This document shows positions 26,430 to 41,649 of a DNA stretch of 64,000 nt, piece by piece (within the stretch, counting starts at the first letter, position 1; each line of letters begins with the position of its first letter). The notes under the pieces were generated by a model. The model did not search any database and was not told where the DNA came from. It was given only the letters and a program-made list of their open reading frames with translations. The translations under genes were made by a program, and so were the position numbers. Location: assembly GCA_964016885.1 (NCBI GenBank), contig OZ024766.1, positions 806,001 to 870,000 of the forward strand. Direction: 5' to 3'. The DNA is from Eledone cirrhosa. Its lineage: Eukaryota.

Positions 26430-29252
26430 ATAGCACCACTATACCGACACTATCATCATCATATCACCACTATACCGACACTATCACCACTATACCAACA
26501 CTATCACCACTATACCGACACTATCACCACCATACCACCACCACTATACCCTATAGCACCACCATGCCATTACTATACTACTATACCACCACCACCACCA
26601 CCATACCACCACCATTACCACCACCACTATCACTATATCACCACCATACCATCACTATACCACCACCACCACCACCATATCACCACCATTACTACCACCA
26701 CTATCACTATATCACCATACCACCACCATACCACCACCATCACCACCACCATATCACCACCATACCATCACTATACCACCATACCACCACCACCACCACC
26801 ACCATACCACCGCCATACCACCACTATACCACCCCCCATACTATCACTATACCACCACCAACACCATACCACCACCACCACTATGACAAACACCACTACC
26901 ATCACTACTATAACCGCCATTGTCCTTCCTCCCACCACCACTATGCCCCTCCCACCACCACCACCACTATACCCCTCCCACCACCACTACCCTCTCCCAC
27001 CACCACCACCATCCCCCTCCCACCACCACCGTATATAAAAAACAGCCCCTTATCTCCTGTGGTGGGTGTTTCAATCCTAGATATTTCCCTGGGGTAAATG
27101 TGCTGCACACAGCGCATCTCATTGTGTGCACTTAACAACTGCATCTTGACTGCAGCAGTAGTGGGTGCACTGGATACTGCTGGTGGTGGTGTTGTTGGTG
27201 GTGGTGTGTAGTGGTGGTGGTGGTGGAGGTGGTGTGTAGTGGTGGTGGTGGTGGCAGTGTTACTGGTGGTGGTGGTGGTGGTGGTAGTGTTACTGGTGGT
27301 GGTGGTGGTGGTGGTGGTGGTGGTGTTACTGGTGGTGGTGGTGGTGTGTAGTGGTGGTGGTGGTAGTGTTACTGGTGGTGGTGGTGGTGGTGGTGGTGGT
27401 GTTACTGGTGGTGGTGGTGGTGGTGTGTAGTGGTGGTGGTGGTGGTGGAGGTGGTGGTGGTAGTGTTACTGGTGGTGGTGGTGGTGGTGGTGGTGTGTAG
27501 TGGTGGTGGTGGTGGTGGTGTTACTGGTGGTGGTGGTGGTGGTGGTGGTGGTGGTGTGTAGTGGTGGTGGTGGTGGTGGTGTTACTGGTGGTGGTGGTGG
27601 TGGTGGTGGTGTGTAGTGGTGGTGGTGGTGGTGGTGTTACTGGTGGTGGTGGAGGTGGTGGTAGTGGTGGTGGTGGTAGTGTTACTGGTGTTACTGTTGG
27701 TGGTGGTGGAGGTGGTGGTAGTGGTGTTGTTACTGGTGGTGGTAGTGGTGGAGGTGGTGGTGGTGTTGGTGTTACTGTTGGAGGTGGTGGTAGTGGTGTT
27801 GTTACTGGTGGTGGTGGTGTGTAGTGGTGGTGGTGTTACTGCTGGTGGTGGTGGTGTGTAGTGGTGGTGGTGTTACTGGTGGTGGTAGTGGTGTTGTTAC
27901 TGGTGGTGGAGGTGGTAGTGGTGTTGTTACTGGTGGTGGTGGTGTGTAGTGGTGGTGGTGGTGTGTAGTGGTGGTGGTGGTGGTAGTGGTGTTGTTACTG
28001 GTGGTGGTGGTGTGTAGTGGTGGTGGTGTTACTGCTGGTGGTGGTGGTGTGTAGTGGTGGTGGTGTTACTGGTGGTGGTGGTGGTAGTGGTGTTGTTACT
28101 GGTGGTGGAGGTGGTAGTGGTGTTGTTACTGGTGGTGGTGGTGTGTAGTGGTGGTGGTGTTACTGCTGGTGGTGGTGTTACTGGTGGTGGTAGTGGTGTT
28201 GTTACTGGTGGTGGTGGTGTGTAGTGGTGTTGTTACTGGTGGTGGTGGTGTGTAGTGGTGGTGGTGTTACTGCTGGTGGTGGTGGTGTGTAGTGGTGGTG
28301 GTGTTACTGGTGGTGGTGGTGGTAGTGGTGTTGTTACTGGTGGTGGAGGTGGTAGTGGTGTTGTTACTGGTGGTGGTGGTGTGTAGTGGTGGTGGTGTTA
28401 CTGCTGGTGGTGGTGGTGTTACTGGTGGTGGTGGTGGTAGTGGTGTTGTTACTGGTGGTGGTGGTGTGTAGTGGTGGTGGTGTTACTGCTGGTGGTGGTG
28501 GTGTGTAGTGGTGGTGGTGTTACTGGTGGTGGTGGTGGTAGTGGTGTTGTTACTGGTGGTGGAGGTGGTAGTGGTGTTGTTACTGGTGGTGGTGGTGTGT
28601 AGTGGTGGTGGTGTTACTGCTGGTGGTGGTGGTGTTGCTGGTGGTGGTGGTGTTACTGGTGGTGGTGGTGGTAGTGGTGTTGTTACTGGTGGTGGAGGTG
28701 GTAGTGGTGTTGTTACTGGTGGTGGTGGTGTGTAGTGGTGGTGGTGTTACTGCTGGTGGTGGTGGTGTGTAGTGGTGGTGGTGGTGGTGTGTAGTGGTGG
28801 TGGTGGTGGTGTGTAGTGGTGGTGGTGTTGGTGTTACTGTTGGTGGTGGTGGTGGTGGTGGTGTTGTTACTGGTGTTACTGTTGGTGGTGGTGGTGGTGG
28901 TGGTGTTGGTGGTGGTGGTGTTACTGTTGGTGGTGGTGGTGGTGGTGTTACTGTTGGTGGTGGTGGTAGTGTTGTCTCTGGTGGAGGTGGTGGTGGTGGT
29001 GTGTAGTGGTGTTGGTGTTACTGGTGGTGGTGGTGGTGTTGTTGTTGCCCTTCAAACAACATCAGTAACAAAATACATTTGAATAAAATTGAATTAATTA
29101 AAAATGGAAGTAAAGAGTCTCACCACCTCCACCCCATCATAATTATTACCTTCACACAAACACCACCACCACCACTACTACACCACCACCACCACTACTA
29201 CACCACCACCACCACTACTACCACCACCACCACTACTACCACCACCACCACC

Positions 29253-29284
<32 letters not shown>

Positions 29285-29840
29285 CACCACCACCACTACT
29301 ACCACCACCACCACCACCACCACTACTACCACCACCACCACCACTACTACCACCACCACCACCACCACCACCACTACTACTACCACCACCACTACTACCA
29401 CCACCACCACTACTACCACCACCACCACCACTACTACTACCACCACCACTACTACCACCACCACCACCACTACTACTACCACCACCACTACTACCACCAC
29501 CACCACCTCCACCACATCTAGTCACCACCACCACCACTACTACCACCGTCATCACCACTACTACCACTACCAACACCACCACCACTACCACCACTACCAC
29601 CACTACTACCACCACCACCACCACCATCACTACTACCACCACCACCACTACCACCACCACCACCACCACTACCACCACCACCACCACCACCACCACTACC
29701 ACCACCACCACTACCACCACCACCACTACCACCACCACCACCACCACTACCACCACCACCACCACCACCACCACTACCACCACCACCACCACTACTACCA
29801 CCACCACCACCACCACCACCACCACCACCACCACAACAAT
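26430..29840. repeat. Alternating (CCA)n and (GGT)n trinucleotide-based low-complexity tracts
   Basis: Direct reading: 26430-27030 CCA, 27180-29045 GGT, 29160-29835 CCA/CTA. Confidence 0.92.
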
Positions 29841-30145
29841 TAGCCTCTAAGAATAGAATTTTGAATATTGGAAATTGTTCTATAGATGTTGGCCATGTGA
29901 TCTCAAATTATACACATATATACATGTATATACACATATATACATGTATATACACATATATACATGTATATACACATATATACATGTATATACATGTATG
30001 TATATATTTATATATATGTATGTATATATTTATATATATGTATGTATATATTTATATATATGTATGTATATATTTATATGTATATATATATATGTATGTG
30101 TTTGTGTGTTTATATATATACATATATATATATATAGAGAGAGAG

Positions 30146-30197
<52 letters not shown>

Positions 30198-30461
30198 TGT
30201 CATTCACCCCAAATCTTCCCTTAAACACATTTAAATACATTTAGGGCTGTTGTTTAGTAATTGAGTGTTAAGTGACTTGCCTAAGGGTCTAATGTCTTCC
30301 TCCTGAACTAACATCACCATTCCTTTCGGAGTATACACCACTATTACCACCATTAGCACCACTACCACCACCACTAGCACCACTACCACCACCACTGTCA
30401 CCACAACCACCACCACTACCATCACCACAACAGTATATATATATATATTTGTATATATATG

Positions 30462-30527
<66 letters not shown>

Positions 30528-30711
30528 ATTTATATATTATACCACAGATATATTGTATCTGTATTTTTGACTGTTGGTCAGTCAATGGCAACATTGAGGA
30601 CCGAATAAATTAAATTAACCGATATAAAAGACACAGAAGCGAAAACCAACCAAACAGTGAGTGTGTTCTGTTATTAATTCTGGCAATATTATTACACAAA
30701 TATGACCCTCC

Positions 30712-30769
<58 letters not shown>

Positions 30770-31181
30770 AAATACATATATATCTTTGTATATATATATA
30801 TTGCTCCAGTTTACTCAGGTGTAGAAATGAGATGATAGAGACCGGGGTCCCTATCATTCCACTGTGAAGTGGTCGTGGAGGCGCCACAGCAAAAAAGTGA
30901 AAACCAACCAAACAGTGAGTGTCTTCTGTTATTAATTCTGGCAATATTATTACACAAATATGACCCTCTCCATATATATATATATATATGTATAAATACA
31001 TATATATCTTTGTATATGTATATATTTATAGGCAGATATCACACAATGCAGCCTCGACTGATGAATACTGCTTGATTATGGCTGACAACTGATGCAACCA
31101 AGACACCATAGTAAAAAAACAATATATGGAACATTATATTATGTAACATTCTCTCATTATTTTCATTTATATTCCTTTGAA

Positions 31182-31301
31182 GTTCCGATGAGCCGCTCTG
31201 TCTTTTAAATATGTTAATTATTTTCAACTGAATCAGATCAATTATGATATATAGTCATCTGATCCAGAAATATTATATGGAGTAGCGAAACAATTGTAAA
31301 C
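31182..31301 (+). ncRNA. Hammerhead-like motif with CCGATGA core and extended stem II
   Basis: gtt CCGATGA gccgctct...ggagtagc GAAA caattg TA aac. Confidence 0.55.
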
Positions 31302-31589
31302 GGACATTATTATTATTCTCTACATTCCTTACATCAAACTAAAATATGTTGACAATCTTTTAATAATGTCTTCTTTGTGAAATTTGTGGTCTTGTTTTGC
31401 TTAACTAATGAATATTTATGTATATATATATATATATATTGCTCCAGTTTACTCAGGTGTAGAAATGAGATGATAGAGACTGGGGTCCCTATCATTCCAC
31501 TGTGAAGTGGTCGTGGAGGCACCACGGCAAAAAAGCACCCAGCACTCACTGTGAATGAGGTTGGTGTTAGGAAGGGCATCCAGCTGTAA

Positions 31590-32160
31590 ATATAATTAGC
31601 TGTGGAGGAGGGTGGCCTGAGAGTATAGTAGCTACAATAATGGCAGGATGGAAGTTTAGGGAGCTGCTACCTCTGTTGACAACAAAAGGTACCATAGAAG
31701 TAGTTGATAGCTTCTACCACCTTAGGTGATATAATTAGCTGTGAAGCAGGGTGCTCTGAGAACATAGTAGCTAGAATAAGGACTTGATGGAAGAGTTTTA
31801 GGGAGCTGTTACCTCTGTTGAGAGCAAAAGGTACCATACAAGTGGTTGATAGCTTCTGTTACTTAGGTGTTTTAATTAGCAGTGGAGGAGTTGGCTTGAG
31901 TGCATAGTAGCTGGAATAAGGACTGGATGGAAGAAGTTTAGGGAACTGCTACCTGACAGCAAAAGGTACCATACAAGTAGTTGATAGCTTCTGTTACTTA
32001 GGTGTTTTAATTAGCAGTGGAGGACTGTGGGCTGAGGGCATAGTAGCTGGAATAAGGACTGGATGGAAGAAGTTTAGGGATCTGTCACCTTTGTTGACAA
32101 CAAAAAGTTTCTCTCTATGACAAAAAAGCTGACTGGATGACACCTGTGTGAGAAGTGAGA
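31590..32160 (+). mobile_element. RTE LINE RT-region fragment tandemly amplified (about 135-142 bp, about 4 copies)
   Basis: Repeats of VVDSFCYLG...IVARIRTGWKKFRELLPLL; aaaaggtaccata near 31685, 31827 and 31961. Confidence 0.8.
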
Positions 32161-32164
32161 TAAA

Positions 32165-32535
32165 TGTTTCTACTTTTGGCACAAGGCCAGCAATTACCCC
32201 AGTGCATTACTGGTACTTTATTTTATCGACCCTCGTAAGGATGAAAGGCAAAGTTAACCTCGGCGGGATTTGAACTCAGAATGGCAAGGGCCGTAACTCT
32301 ATGCGTCAAAGCATGGCGTCCGACCCTCTACCGATACTGTCAATCCCCTCACCATTGTGAAGTGTGATAATTGTTTCTACTTTAGGTACAAGGCCAGCAA
32401 ATACCCCAGTGCATTACTGGTACTTTATTTTATCGACCCCCGTAAGGATGAAAGGCAAAGTCAACCTCGGCGGGATTTGAACTCAGATCGTAAAGGGACC
32501 TAATGGCGTCCGACCCTCTACTGATACTGCCAATT
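32165..32535 (-). mobile_element. Two tandem Meta/MESC-type tRNA-derived SINEs
   Basis: Reverse complement gagttcaaatcccgccgagg (B box) followed by ttgcctttcatccttac...gtcgataaaataaagtaccag, twice. Confidence 0.8.
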
Positions 32536-33642
32536 GTGATAATGCTTGTCAGTAAGAGGTAGGGAGTCTCCCCAGGGGATCTGCGGAGCCTGGGTAGAAA
32601 CAAAACAACCATGCTTGGATGGATATACTCTGTTAATGAGTGAGAATAAGAAAATATGGATAAACTAAGAGAAGCTGGGTATAAGAGGAAGCAGGTGGTC
32701 ATGTGATGTGTATATATGTATCTGTGTAGAATATGTATATGTATGTATAAAGTGTGTATATATACATGTGATGTGTATATGTATGTATATAGTGTATATA
32801 TATATACAAGTGTGTTAATTTTTCTATAGATTTGTCAGGTTTGGGGGTTTTGCTTCAGTTAAAATTCTCTTTGTGTTTTAGATAATAGCTATTGTGTGGT
32901 GTAGTGTGGTGTGGTGTAGCGTGGTGTAGTGTGGTGTGGTGTAGTGTGGTGTGGTGTGGTGTGGTGTAGTGTAGTATGGTGTAGTGTGGTGTAGTGTAGT
33001 GTGGTGTAGGGTAGTGTAGTGTGGTGTGTGGTGTAGTGTGGTGTGTTGTGGTGTGGTGTGGTGTAGTGTGGTGTGGTGTAGTGTGGTGTGGTGTGGTGTA
33101 GTGTGGTGTGGTGTAGTGTGGTGTGGTATGGTGTAGTGTAGTGTGGTGTAGTGTAGTATGGTGTAGTGTAGTGTGGTGTAGTGTAGTATGGTGTAGTGTA
33201 GTGTAGTGTGGTGTAGTGGTGTGGTGTGGTGTAGTGTGTTGTAGTGTAGTATGGTGTAGTGTAGTGTAGTGTGTTGTAGTGTAGTATGGTGTAGTGTAGT
33301 GTGTTGTAGTGTAGTATGGTGTAGTGTAGTGTGTTGTAGTGTAGTGTAGTGTGTTGTAGTGTAGTTTGGTGTAGTGTAGTGTGGTGTAGTGTAGTGTGTT
33401 GTAGTGTAGTGTGGTGTGGTGTAGTGTAGTGTAGTATGGTGTAGTGTAGTGTAGTGCGTTGTAGTGTAGTGTGGTGTAGTGTAGTGTGTTGTAGTGTAGT
33501 GTGGTGTAGTGTAGTGTAGTATGGTGTAGTGTAGTGTGGTGTGGTGTAGTGTAGTGTAGTGTGTTGTAGTGTATATAATAGCTATTGTTCTGTATGTATG
33601 TGTTTCATTAAATGTGTTATTCAGTATAAAAACGAGTCACTA

Positions 33643-33677
<35 letters not shown>

Positions 33678-33767
33678 TATATATATATATACACACAACA
33701 GTTAAACAAATCAATTTAAATGAAATAAAGACAATAGACAAACACAAAGAATGGATATATATACATG

Positions 33768-33799
<32 letters not shown>

Positions 33800-33866
33800 C
33801 ATATATATATAGGTATATATATATACATATATATATACATATATATATACATATATATATATTATG

Positions 33867-33898
<32 letters not shown>

Positions 33899-33906
33899 TA
33901 TATACG

Positions 33907-33937
<31 letters not shown>

Positions 33938-34131
33938 GTGTATATATGTATATATATGTGTATATATATATGTATATATATGTGTATATATATATGTATA
34001 TATATGTGTATATATATATATGTATGTATATATATATATATGTGTGTATATATATATATATACGTAGATATATATATGTGTATATATATATGTGTATATA
34101 TATATATGTATGTATATATATATATATATAC

Positions 34132-34190
<59 letters not shown>

Positions 34191-34276
34191 TATATGTGCG
34201 AGTGTATATATATATATGTAGGAGGTTGACTGTTTGTTTGTGTATATACACAAACAGACACACATACATATAAACA

Positions 34277-34320
<44 letters not shown>

Positions 34321-34709
34321 TATAAACAGACACACACACACACACAATAGCTGATCAAATCAATTTAGATGAAATAAAAGAAATGTGAGAGAGAGAGGGG
34401 GAGAAGCAGAGAGAGAGAGAGAGATAGGGGAGGGGCGAGAAGCAGGGAGAGAGAGAAAGAGACAGGGTGAGAGAGAGGGGGAGAAGCAGAGAGAGAGAGA
34501 GAGAAAGACAGGGTGAGAGAGAGAGGTGGGGGAGGGGCGAGAAGCAGGGAGGAATGAAAATCTTTAGAAAAGTTTGCATAGAAAACTTAAAAATCACTGG
34601 AGGTAATCATTTCAGCAGAGATCTGCTGCACACAGGGGCTGTCATGCATGTGTGTGCAGCAGCTTCCATGTGCAATACTGCTGCATGTCTGTCTGTCTGT
34701 CTGTCTGTC

Positions 34710-35483
34710 TGTTGGTTGGTAGGTAGATAAGTAGGGAGGGGGGTAGGTTGGTAGGTAAGATTGTAGGTTGGTAGGTGGGTAGGTTGGGAGGTAGGTAGGT
34801 AGGGAGAGAGGGAGGTTGGTAGGTAGGTAGATATAGAGAGAGGTAGGTAGATAGGTAGGGAGGGAGGTTGGTGGGTAGGTAGGTAGGTAGGTAGGTAGGT
34901 AGGTGGGTAGGTAGGTGGGTAGGTAGGTAGGTAGGTAGGTAGGTAGGGAGAGAGGTGGGTAGGTAGGGTGGTAGGTAGGTAGAGAGGGAGGTTGGTAGGT
35001 AGGTAGATATAGAGAGAGGTAGGTAGATAGGTAGGGAGGGAGGTTGGTGGGTAGGTGTGTAGGTAGGTAGGTTGGTAGGTAGGTGGGTAGGTAGGTAGGT
35101 ATGGAGGTAGGTAGGTTGGTAGGTAGGTAGGTAGGTAAGTTGGTAGGTAGGTAGGTTGGTAGGTAGGTAAGTAGGTGGGTAGGTAGGTAGGTATGGAGGT
35201 AGGTAGGTTGGTAGGTAGGTAGGTAGGGAGATAGGGAGGTAGGTTGGTAGGTAGGTAGGTAAGTTGGTAGGTAGGTAGGGAGGTAGGTAGGTAAGTTGGT
35301 AGGTAGGTAGGTTGGTGGGTTGGTAGGTAGGTAGATAGGGAGGGAGGGAGGTTGGTAGGTAGGTAGGTGGGTAGGTAGGTAGGTGGGTAGGTAGGTAGGG
35401 AGGGAGGGAGGGAGGTAGGTAGTTAGGTGGGTTGGTAGATAGGGAGGTAAGTAGTTAGGTGGGTTGGTAGATAGGTAGGTAGG
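34710..35483. repeat. (GGTA)n-based tract
   Basis: Direct reading. Confidence 0.92.
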
Positions 35484-35690
35484 CTGCTTGCAAGGGTAGG
35501 ACGTGGTCCTATTCAACACAGCATTTCTCCACTTGTCACGGTCCTTCGTCATCTCCACCGTGAGCTTCAGCGATCTGAGGTCAGCTCTCACCACCTCCGC
35601 CCATGATTTTCGTGGTCTTCCTCTACCTCGTCTTCCTTCCACTGGGATTTCTTGGCACTTCTTCACCCAGAGGTCATCCTCCATGTGCAG
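35484..35690 (-). mobile_element. RTE LINE 3' end
   Basis: HMEDDLWVKKCQEIPVEGRRGRGRPRKSWAEVVRADL...DRDKWRNAV; homologous to 24340-24545. Confidence 0.88.
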
Positions 35691-36603
35691 CACACATATA
35701 TATAAGGAAAATGATTAAAAAAACTGTTTGAAAAATGCACCTGGTATATATATAAAGGATCTTTGTACCATGTATAACAAATTGAAGTTAGTACCATGTA
35801 TAACAAATTGAAGTTAGCAAAGATTTTGGATCTTCAAAACATTTGTTATTAGGTTACATTTTTTTTTTGTTAAAACTCCTGCATGATGACTTCTGACCCT
35901 GGGGAGGGAGAGAGTGTGTGACAGAGAGAGGGAGAGAAAGAGAGTGTGTATGTGACAGAGAGAGTTTGTGACAGAGAGGGGGAGTGTGTGTGACAGAGAG
36001 GGAGAGAGTGTTTGTGACAGAGAGAGGGGGAGTGTTTGTGACAGAGAGAGGGAGAGAGAGTTTGTGACAGAGAGGGAAAGTGTGTGACAGAGAGAGGGGG
36101 AGAGTGTTTGTGATAGAGAGAGTTTGTGACAGAGAGAGGGGGAGAGAGTGTTTGTGACAGAGAGAGGGTGCATGTGACAGAGAGGGTGAGAGAGTTTGTG
36201 ACAGGGAGAGGCATAAAGAGAGTGTGTATGTGACAGAGAGAGAGGGGGAGAGTGTTTGTGACAGAGAGAGAGAGAGGAGGAGAGAAAGAAAGAAAGAAAT
36301 ACAGGAGGAGGTGGTGGAGGGAGGAATGGTTAGAGTTGATATGACAGAGGTGGTAGTGGTGAGGGAGAGGCGGGGGGGGGGGGCATGACAGACAAAAAAG
36401 AATTGTGTTTTCTGGCGCAGAACAATGATTCTGCTATGGTTGACTGAACCGGGGGTTGTGGGGGGGGGTTGTGGATGTGTGTATATATAGATATATATAC
36501 ATACTTATGTACATATATACACACACACATATATATAGATATATATGTATATATATATATGTGTATATATACACGTATATATACACAAACACATCCAAAT
36601 ATA

Positions 36604-36650
<47 letters not shown>

Positions 36651-36738
36651 ATGTATATATATATAGATATACATCTCTCTCTCTATATATATATATATGT
36701 ACACCCACACACATATATATATATACATACATACACAT

Positions 36739-36779
<41 letters not shown>

Positions 36780-36874
36780 TACACACATAGACACACACAC
36801 ATATATATATACATACACACCCAGACACATATATATATATACATACACATACACATGTTTATATATATATACAG

Positions 36875-36993
<119 letters not shown>

Positions 36994-37034
36994 TATATAT
37001 ATATACACACACATATACACACACATATATATAT

Positions 37035-37368
37035 GGAGGCACATGGCTTAGTGGTTAGAGCATTGGCCTTGCAATCGAAAGGTTGTGAGTTCAATTCTCA
37101 GACCGGGTGATGTGTTGTTTCCTTGAGCAAGACACTTTATTTCACATTGCTCCAGTTTACTCAGCTGTAGAAATGAGAAGATAGGGACTGGGGTCCCTAT
37201 CATTCCACTGCAAAGTGGTCGTGGAGGTGCCACGGCAAAGAAGCACCCAGCACTCACTGTAAATGAGGTTGGTGTTAGGAAGGGCATCCAGCTGTAGAAA
37301 TCAAGCCAGGATCAGTTCCCGTCCCACCCTTGCAAGCAGGGAAAAAGTGGGACGTAAAATGATGATGA

Positions 37369-37371
<3 letters not shown>
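37035..37371 (+). mobile_element. Full-length unexpanded CORE-type SINE (about 335 bp)
   Basis: A and B boxes, core, a single 49-bp unit and the RTE tail; inserted in (TA)n. Confidence 0.92.
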
Positions 37372-37433
<62 letters not shown>

Positions 37434-38149
37434 TATATACACAACACAAATATATATACAACCATAGATCTGTCTACTAGTTGTTACCTTCCAGGACAAA
37501 TAATGAGTGTCTCCACTTGTGACTTTTACAGTAGTAGTAGTGGTAGTGGTGGTGGTAGTGGTTGTAGTGGTGGTGATAGTAGTGGTTGTAGTGGTGGTGG
37601 TGGTGGTAGTAGTAGTAGTAGTAGTGGTAGTAGCAGTAGTAGTAGTGGTGGTAGCAGTAGTAGTGGTAGTAGTGGTAGTAGTAGTGGTAGTAGTAGTGGT
37701 GGTAGTAGTGGTAGTGGTAGTAGTAGTGGTGGTAGTGGTAGTAGTAGTAGTGGTAGCGGTAGCAGCAGCAGCAGTAGTAGCAGCAGCAGTGTTAGCTGCA
37801 GCAGCAGTGACTGCTTTCACTGACACTTAGTTTAACGTTCACACGTACACAGGTAGATATTGACACACACATACACACATACACAGACACACACATACAC
37901 ACACACACACACACACATACACATACACACAGACACACATACACACACACACAGACACACACACACACAGACACATACAGACACACACACAGACACACAC
38001 ACACAGGTAGGAATTGACACACACATACACACAAACATACACACACACAGACACACACTCACACAGACATACACACACACACAAACAGACGCAGATACAC
38101 ACATACGCTAACACACCAAATTTCTTGTCCCTGTTATTGGTTTGACAGA

Positions 38150-38360
38150 GATTGATAGATAGACATAAATAGATAGAGAGATAGATAGATAGAGAGAGAG
38201 AGAGATAGACATAAATAGATAGAGAGATAGAGAGAGATAGAGAGGGAGAGAGATAGACATAAATAGATAGAAAGATAGAGAGGGAGAGAGATAGACATAA
38301 ATAGATAGAGAGAGAGATAGAGAGAGACATAAATAGATAGAGAGATAGAGAGACATAAAT

Positions 38361-38405
<45 letters not shown>

Positions 38406-38952
38406 GACATAAATAGATAGATAGATTGATAGATAGAGAGAGAGAGAGATAGAGAGATAGATAGACATAAATAGATAGAGAGAGAGATAGAGAGAGAGAT
38501 AGATAGATAGACATAAATAGATAGAGAGATAGATAGAGAGAGAGAGAGATAGACATAAATAGATAGAGAGAGAGATAGATAGATAGACATAAATAGACAG
38601 ATAGAAAGATAGAGAGAGAGAGATAAATAGATAGACATAAATAGATAGAGATAGATAGAGAGAGAGAGAGATAGATAGATAGACATAAATAGATAGAAAG
38701 ATAGAGAGAGAGAAAGAGAGAGAGAGATAGATAGACATAAATAGATAGAAAGATAGATAGAGAGAGATAGATAGATAGATAGACATAAATAGATAGAGAG
38801 AGAGAGAGATAGATAGACATAAATAGATAGAAAGATAGATAGAGAGAGATAGATAGATAGATAGACATAAATAGATAGAGAGAGAGAGAGATAGATAGAC
38901 ATAAATAGATAGAAAGATAGAGAGAGAGATAGATAGATAGACATAAATAGAT

Positions 38953-38991
<39 letters not shown>

Positions 38992-39025
38992 TAGATAGAC
39001 ATAAATAGACAGAAAGATAGAGAGA
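38150..39025. repeat. Compound (GATA)/(GA)/gacataaat repeat adjoining the Tx1-like 3' end
   Basis: Direct reading. Confidence 0.9.
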
Positions 39026-39690
39026 TTTCTTTATTTGCCACAAGGGCGCACACGAAAAGGGGACAATACAAAGACATGCCGGGGATTTTACATACATTTT
39101 ACATATAAATAAATAGATAGAAAGATAGATAGATATGTTTCTTTATTAGCCCGGGATTTTACATACAGTCGTGTAAAAATATAAAACAAACAAATATAAC
39201 AGTTGAAATCCCCAATAGGGAGGAGGTGCCACAAATGGGTTGTTTAATACCCCGTAGATAGAACAACCCTCAATTCCAGGAGCATGTTGTGCAAGTGCTC
39301 CTTTCTTCCTTTTGCTCTCTTCAACGTACAGGTTTATATACAGAGAAGGTCCAATCACTCGGGCCATTGTTGCCACATTCACCCACCTTTCAGTAAATTT
39401 ACTGGGGTGGGGTGCCTCTCTCTCCACCCTGGTTCTCCTTCTAAAGTGATACCTAAAGAAGGGAATGAGTTGTTGTCCAGAGAGAAAGGCATCTGTCCTC
39501 AGTCCTCTCAACCTCGTCCACCATATAACACCTTTCAGTAAATTTACTGGGGTGGAGTGCCTCTCTCTCCACTCTGATTCTCCTTCTAAAGTGGTACCTA
39601 AAGAAGGGAATGAGTTGTCCGGAGAGAAAGGCATCTGTCCTCAGTCCTCTCAATCTCATCCACCATATAACACCTTTCACCATAGCCACC
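39026..39690 (-). mobile_element. Second Tx1-like fragment, with the same internal duplication and a rearranged or duplicated 3' end
   Basis: Reverse-complement match to about 11270-12017; flanked by (GATA)n on both sides. Confidence 0.8.
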
Positions 39691-39727
39691 GTAGATAGAT
39701 AGATAGAGAGATAGACAGAGACAAATG

Positions 39728-39762
<35 letters not shown>

Positions 39763-39999
39763 GTATGTATGTATGTATCTATGTATGTTTGTGTGTGTGT
39801 GTAAAAGGTAAACAGAAATAACAACACAATACAGTATATGGAAGGGATATATTAGGTTGACGCTTGATATAGCAGGAAGAGGGTCTTGACGTTTTGGACG
39901 CTGGTCTTTCATCAGGAGAAAGAATAGAGATGGATAGTTAAGCATATAGATAGATACTACAGTATTATTACTGCTATTAGCTCCACCACTGCCAGTCCC

Positions 40000-40248
40000 T
40001 GCAATACAATTCACAGGGAGATTCAGCTTAAAACTGTGTATGACAAGGCTGTCCTTTGAAACACTGGTATAGTCCATCTTGAATTATGGTGTAAGCGACT
40101 CATGTGTGCCTTTAATACAATTCTCAGGGAGATTCAGCAATGGACTGGAGCAATGTGAAATAAAGTGTCTTGCTCAAGGACGCAATGTACTGGGAATTGA
40201 ACTCTGGACATTATTATCACAATTTGAACTCCCTGACCCCTAAACCAC
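40000..40248 (-). mobile_element. Older CORE-type SINE with a different tail
   Basis: actggagcaatgtgaaataaagtgtcttgctcaagg...gggaattgaactc. Confidence 0.65.
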
Positions 40249-41483
40249 ACACACACACACATTCACACACACACACTCTCCTTCACACACATACACACAC
40301 ATCTTCTCACACACACACACATGCTTAACAGGCATGCACACACCTTCACACACATACACATAATCACGCACACACACACACACACAGTATCACTCAATTT
40401 CACACACCACCACCACCACCACCACCACCACACCACCACCACCACCACCACACCACCACCACCACCACACCACCACCACCACCACCACCACCACCACACC
40501 ACCACCACTACACACCACCACTACCACCACCACCACCACACCACCACCACCACACCACCACCACCACACCACCACACCACACCACCACCACCACTACCAC
40601 CACCACCACCACACCACCACCACACCACCACCACCACCACCACCACCTACACACACCACCACACCACCACACCACCACCACCACCACCACCACCACCACC
40701 ACCACCACACCACCACCACTACACACCACCACTACCACCACCACCACCACACCACCACCACCACACCACCACCACCACACCACCACACCACACCACCACC
40801 ACCACTACCACCACCACCACCACACCACCACCACACCACCACCACCACCACCACCACCTACACACACCACCACACCACCACACCACCACCACCACCACCA
40901 CTACCACCACCACACCACTACACACCACCACCACCAACACCACCACAACAACAACATACCACCACCACCACACCACCACCACCACTACCACCACCACACC
41001 ACTACCACCACCACCACTACACACCACCACCACCACCACCACCGCCGCCACCACCACCACCACCACACCACCACCACACCACCACCACACCACCACCACC
41101 ACACCACCACCACACCACCACACCACCACCACCACACACCACCACTACACACCACCACCACCACCACCACCACCACTACCACCACCACCACTACCACCAC
41201 ACCACCACCACCACCACACCACCACCACCACCACCACCACCACCACACCACCACCACCACACCACCACCACACCACCACCACACACCACCACCTACACAC
41301 CACCACCACCACCACCACCACCACCACCACTACCACCACCACCACCACCACCACACCACCACCACCACCACCACCACCACACCACCACACCACCACCACA
41401 CCACCACACCACCACCACACCACCACCACCACCACCACCACCACCACCACCACCACCACAACAACAACAACATACAACATACC

Positions 41484-41649
41484 ATGCAGTTATCAGTAAA
41501 AGCTGGGAGCGTTACCGTTGCTGTGAAGAATCACAAGCACCACCACCACCACCACCACCACAGCTACCACTACCACTCGCTACTACCACCTATACTACTG
41601 CTGTTATATATAATACATCTACCACTACAATGCCATACCTATACTACAG
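41484..41649 (+). CDS. Candidate first coding exon (signal-peptide-like) of an unidentified gene
   Basis: accATG start; ...SLLPPILLLLYIIHLPLQCHTYTT-G, then consensus donor cag|gtaagt at phase 1. Confidence 0.4.

Noticed and set aside
31058-31100. CTGATGA heptamer
   Set aside because: No downstream GAAA or pairing stems.
39884-39920. Minus-strand minimal hammerhead-like motif CTGATGA aagaccagcgtcc AAAA cg TC
   Set aside because: Core G missing and stems I and II mismatched; at best a dead relic, so not called.
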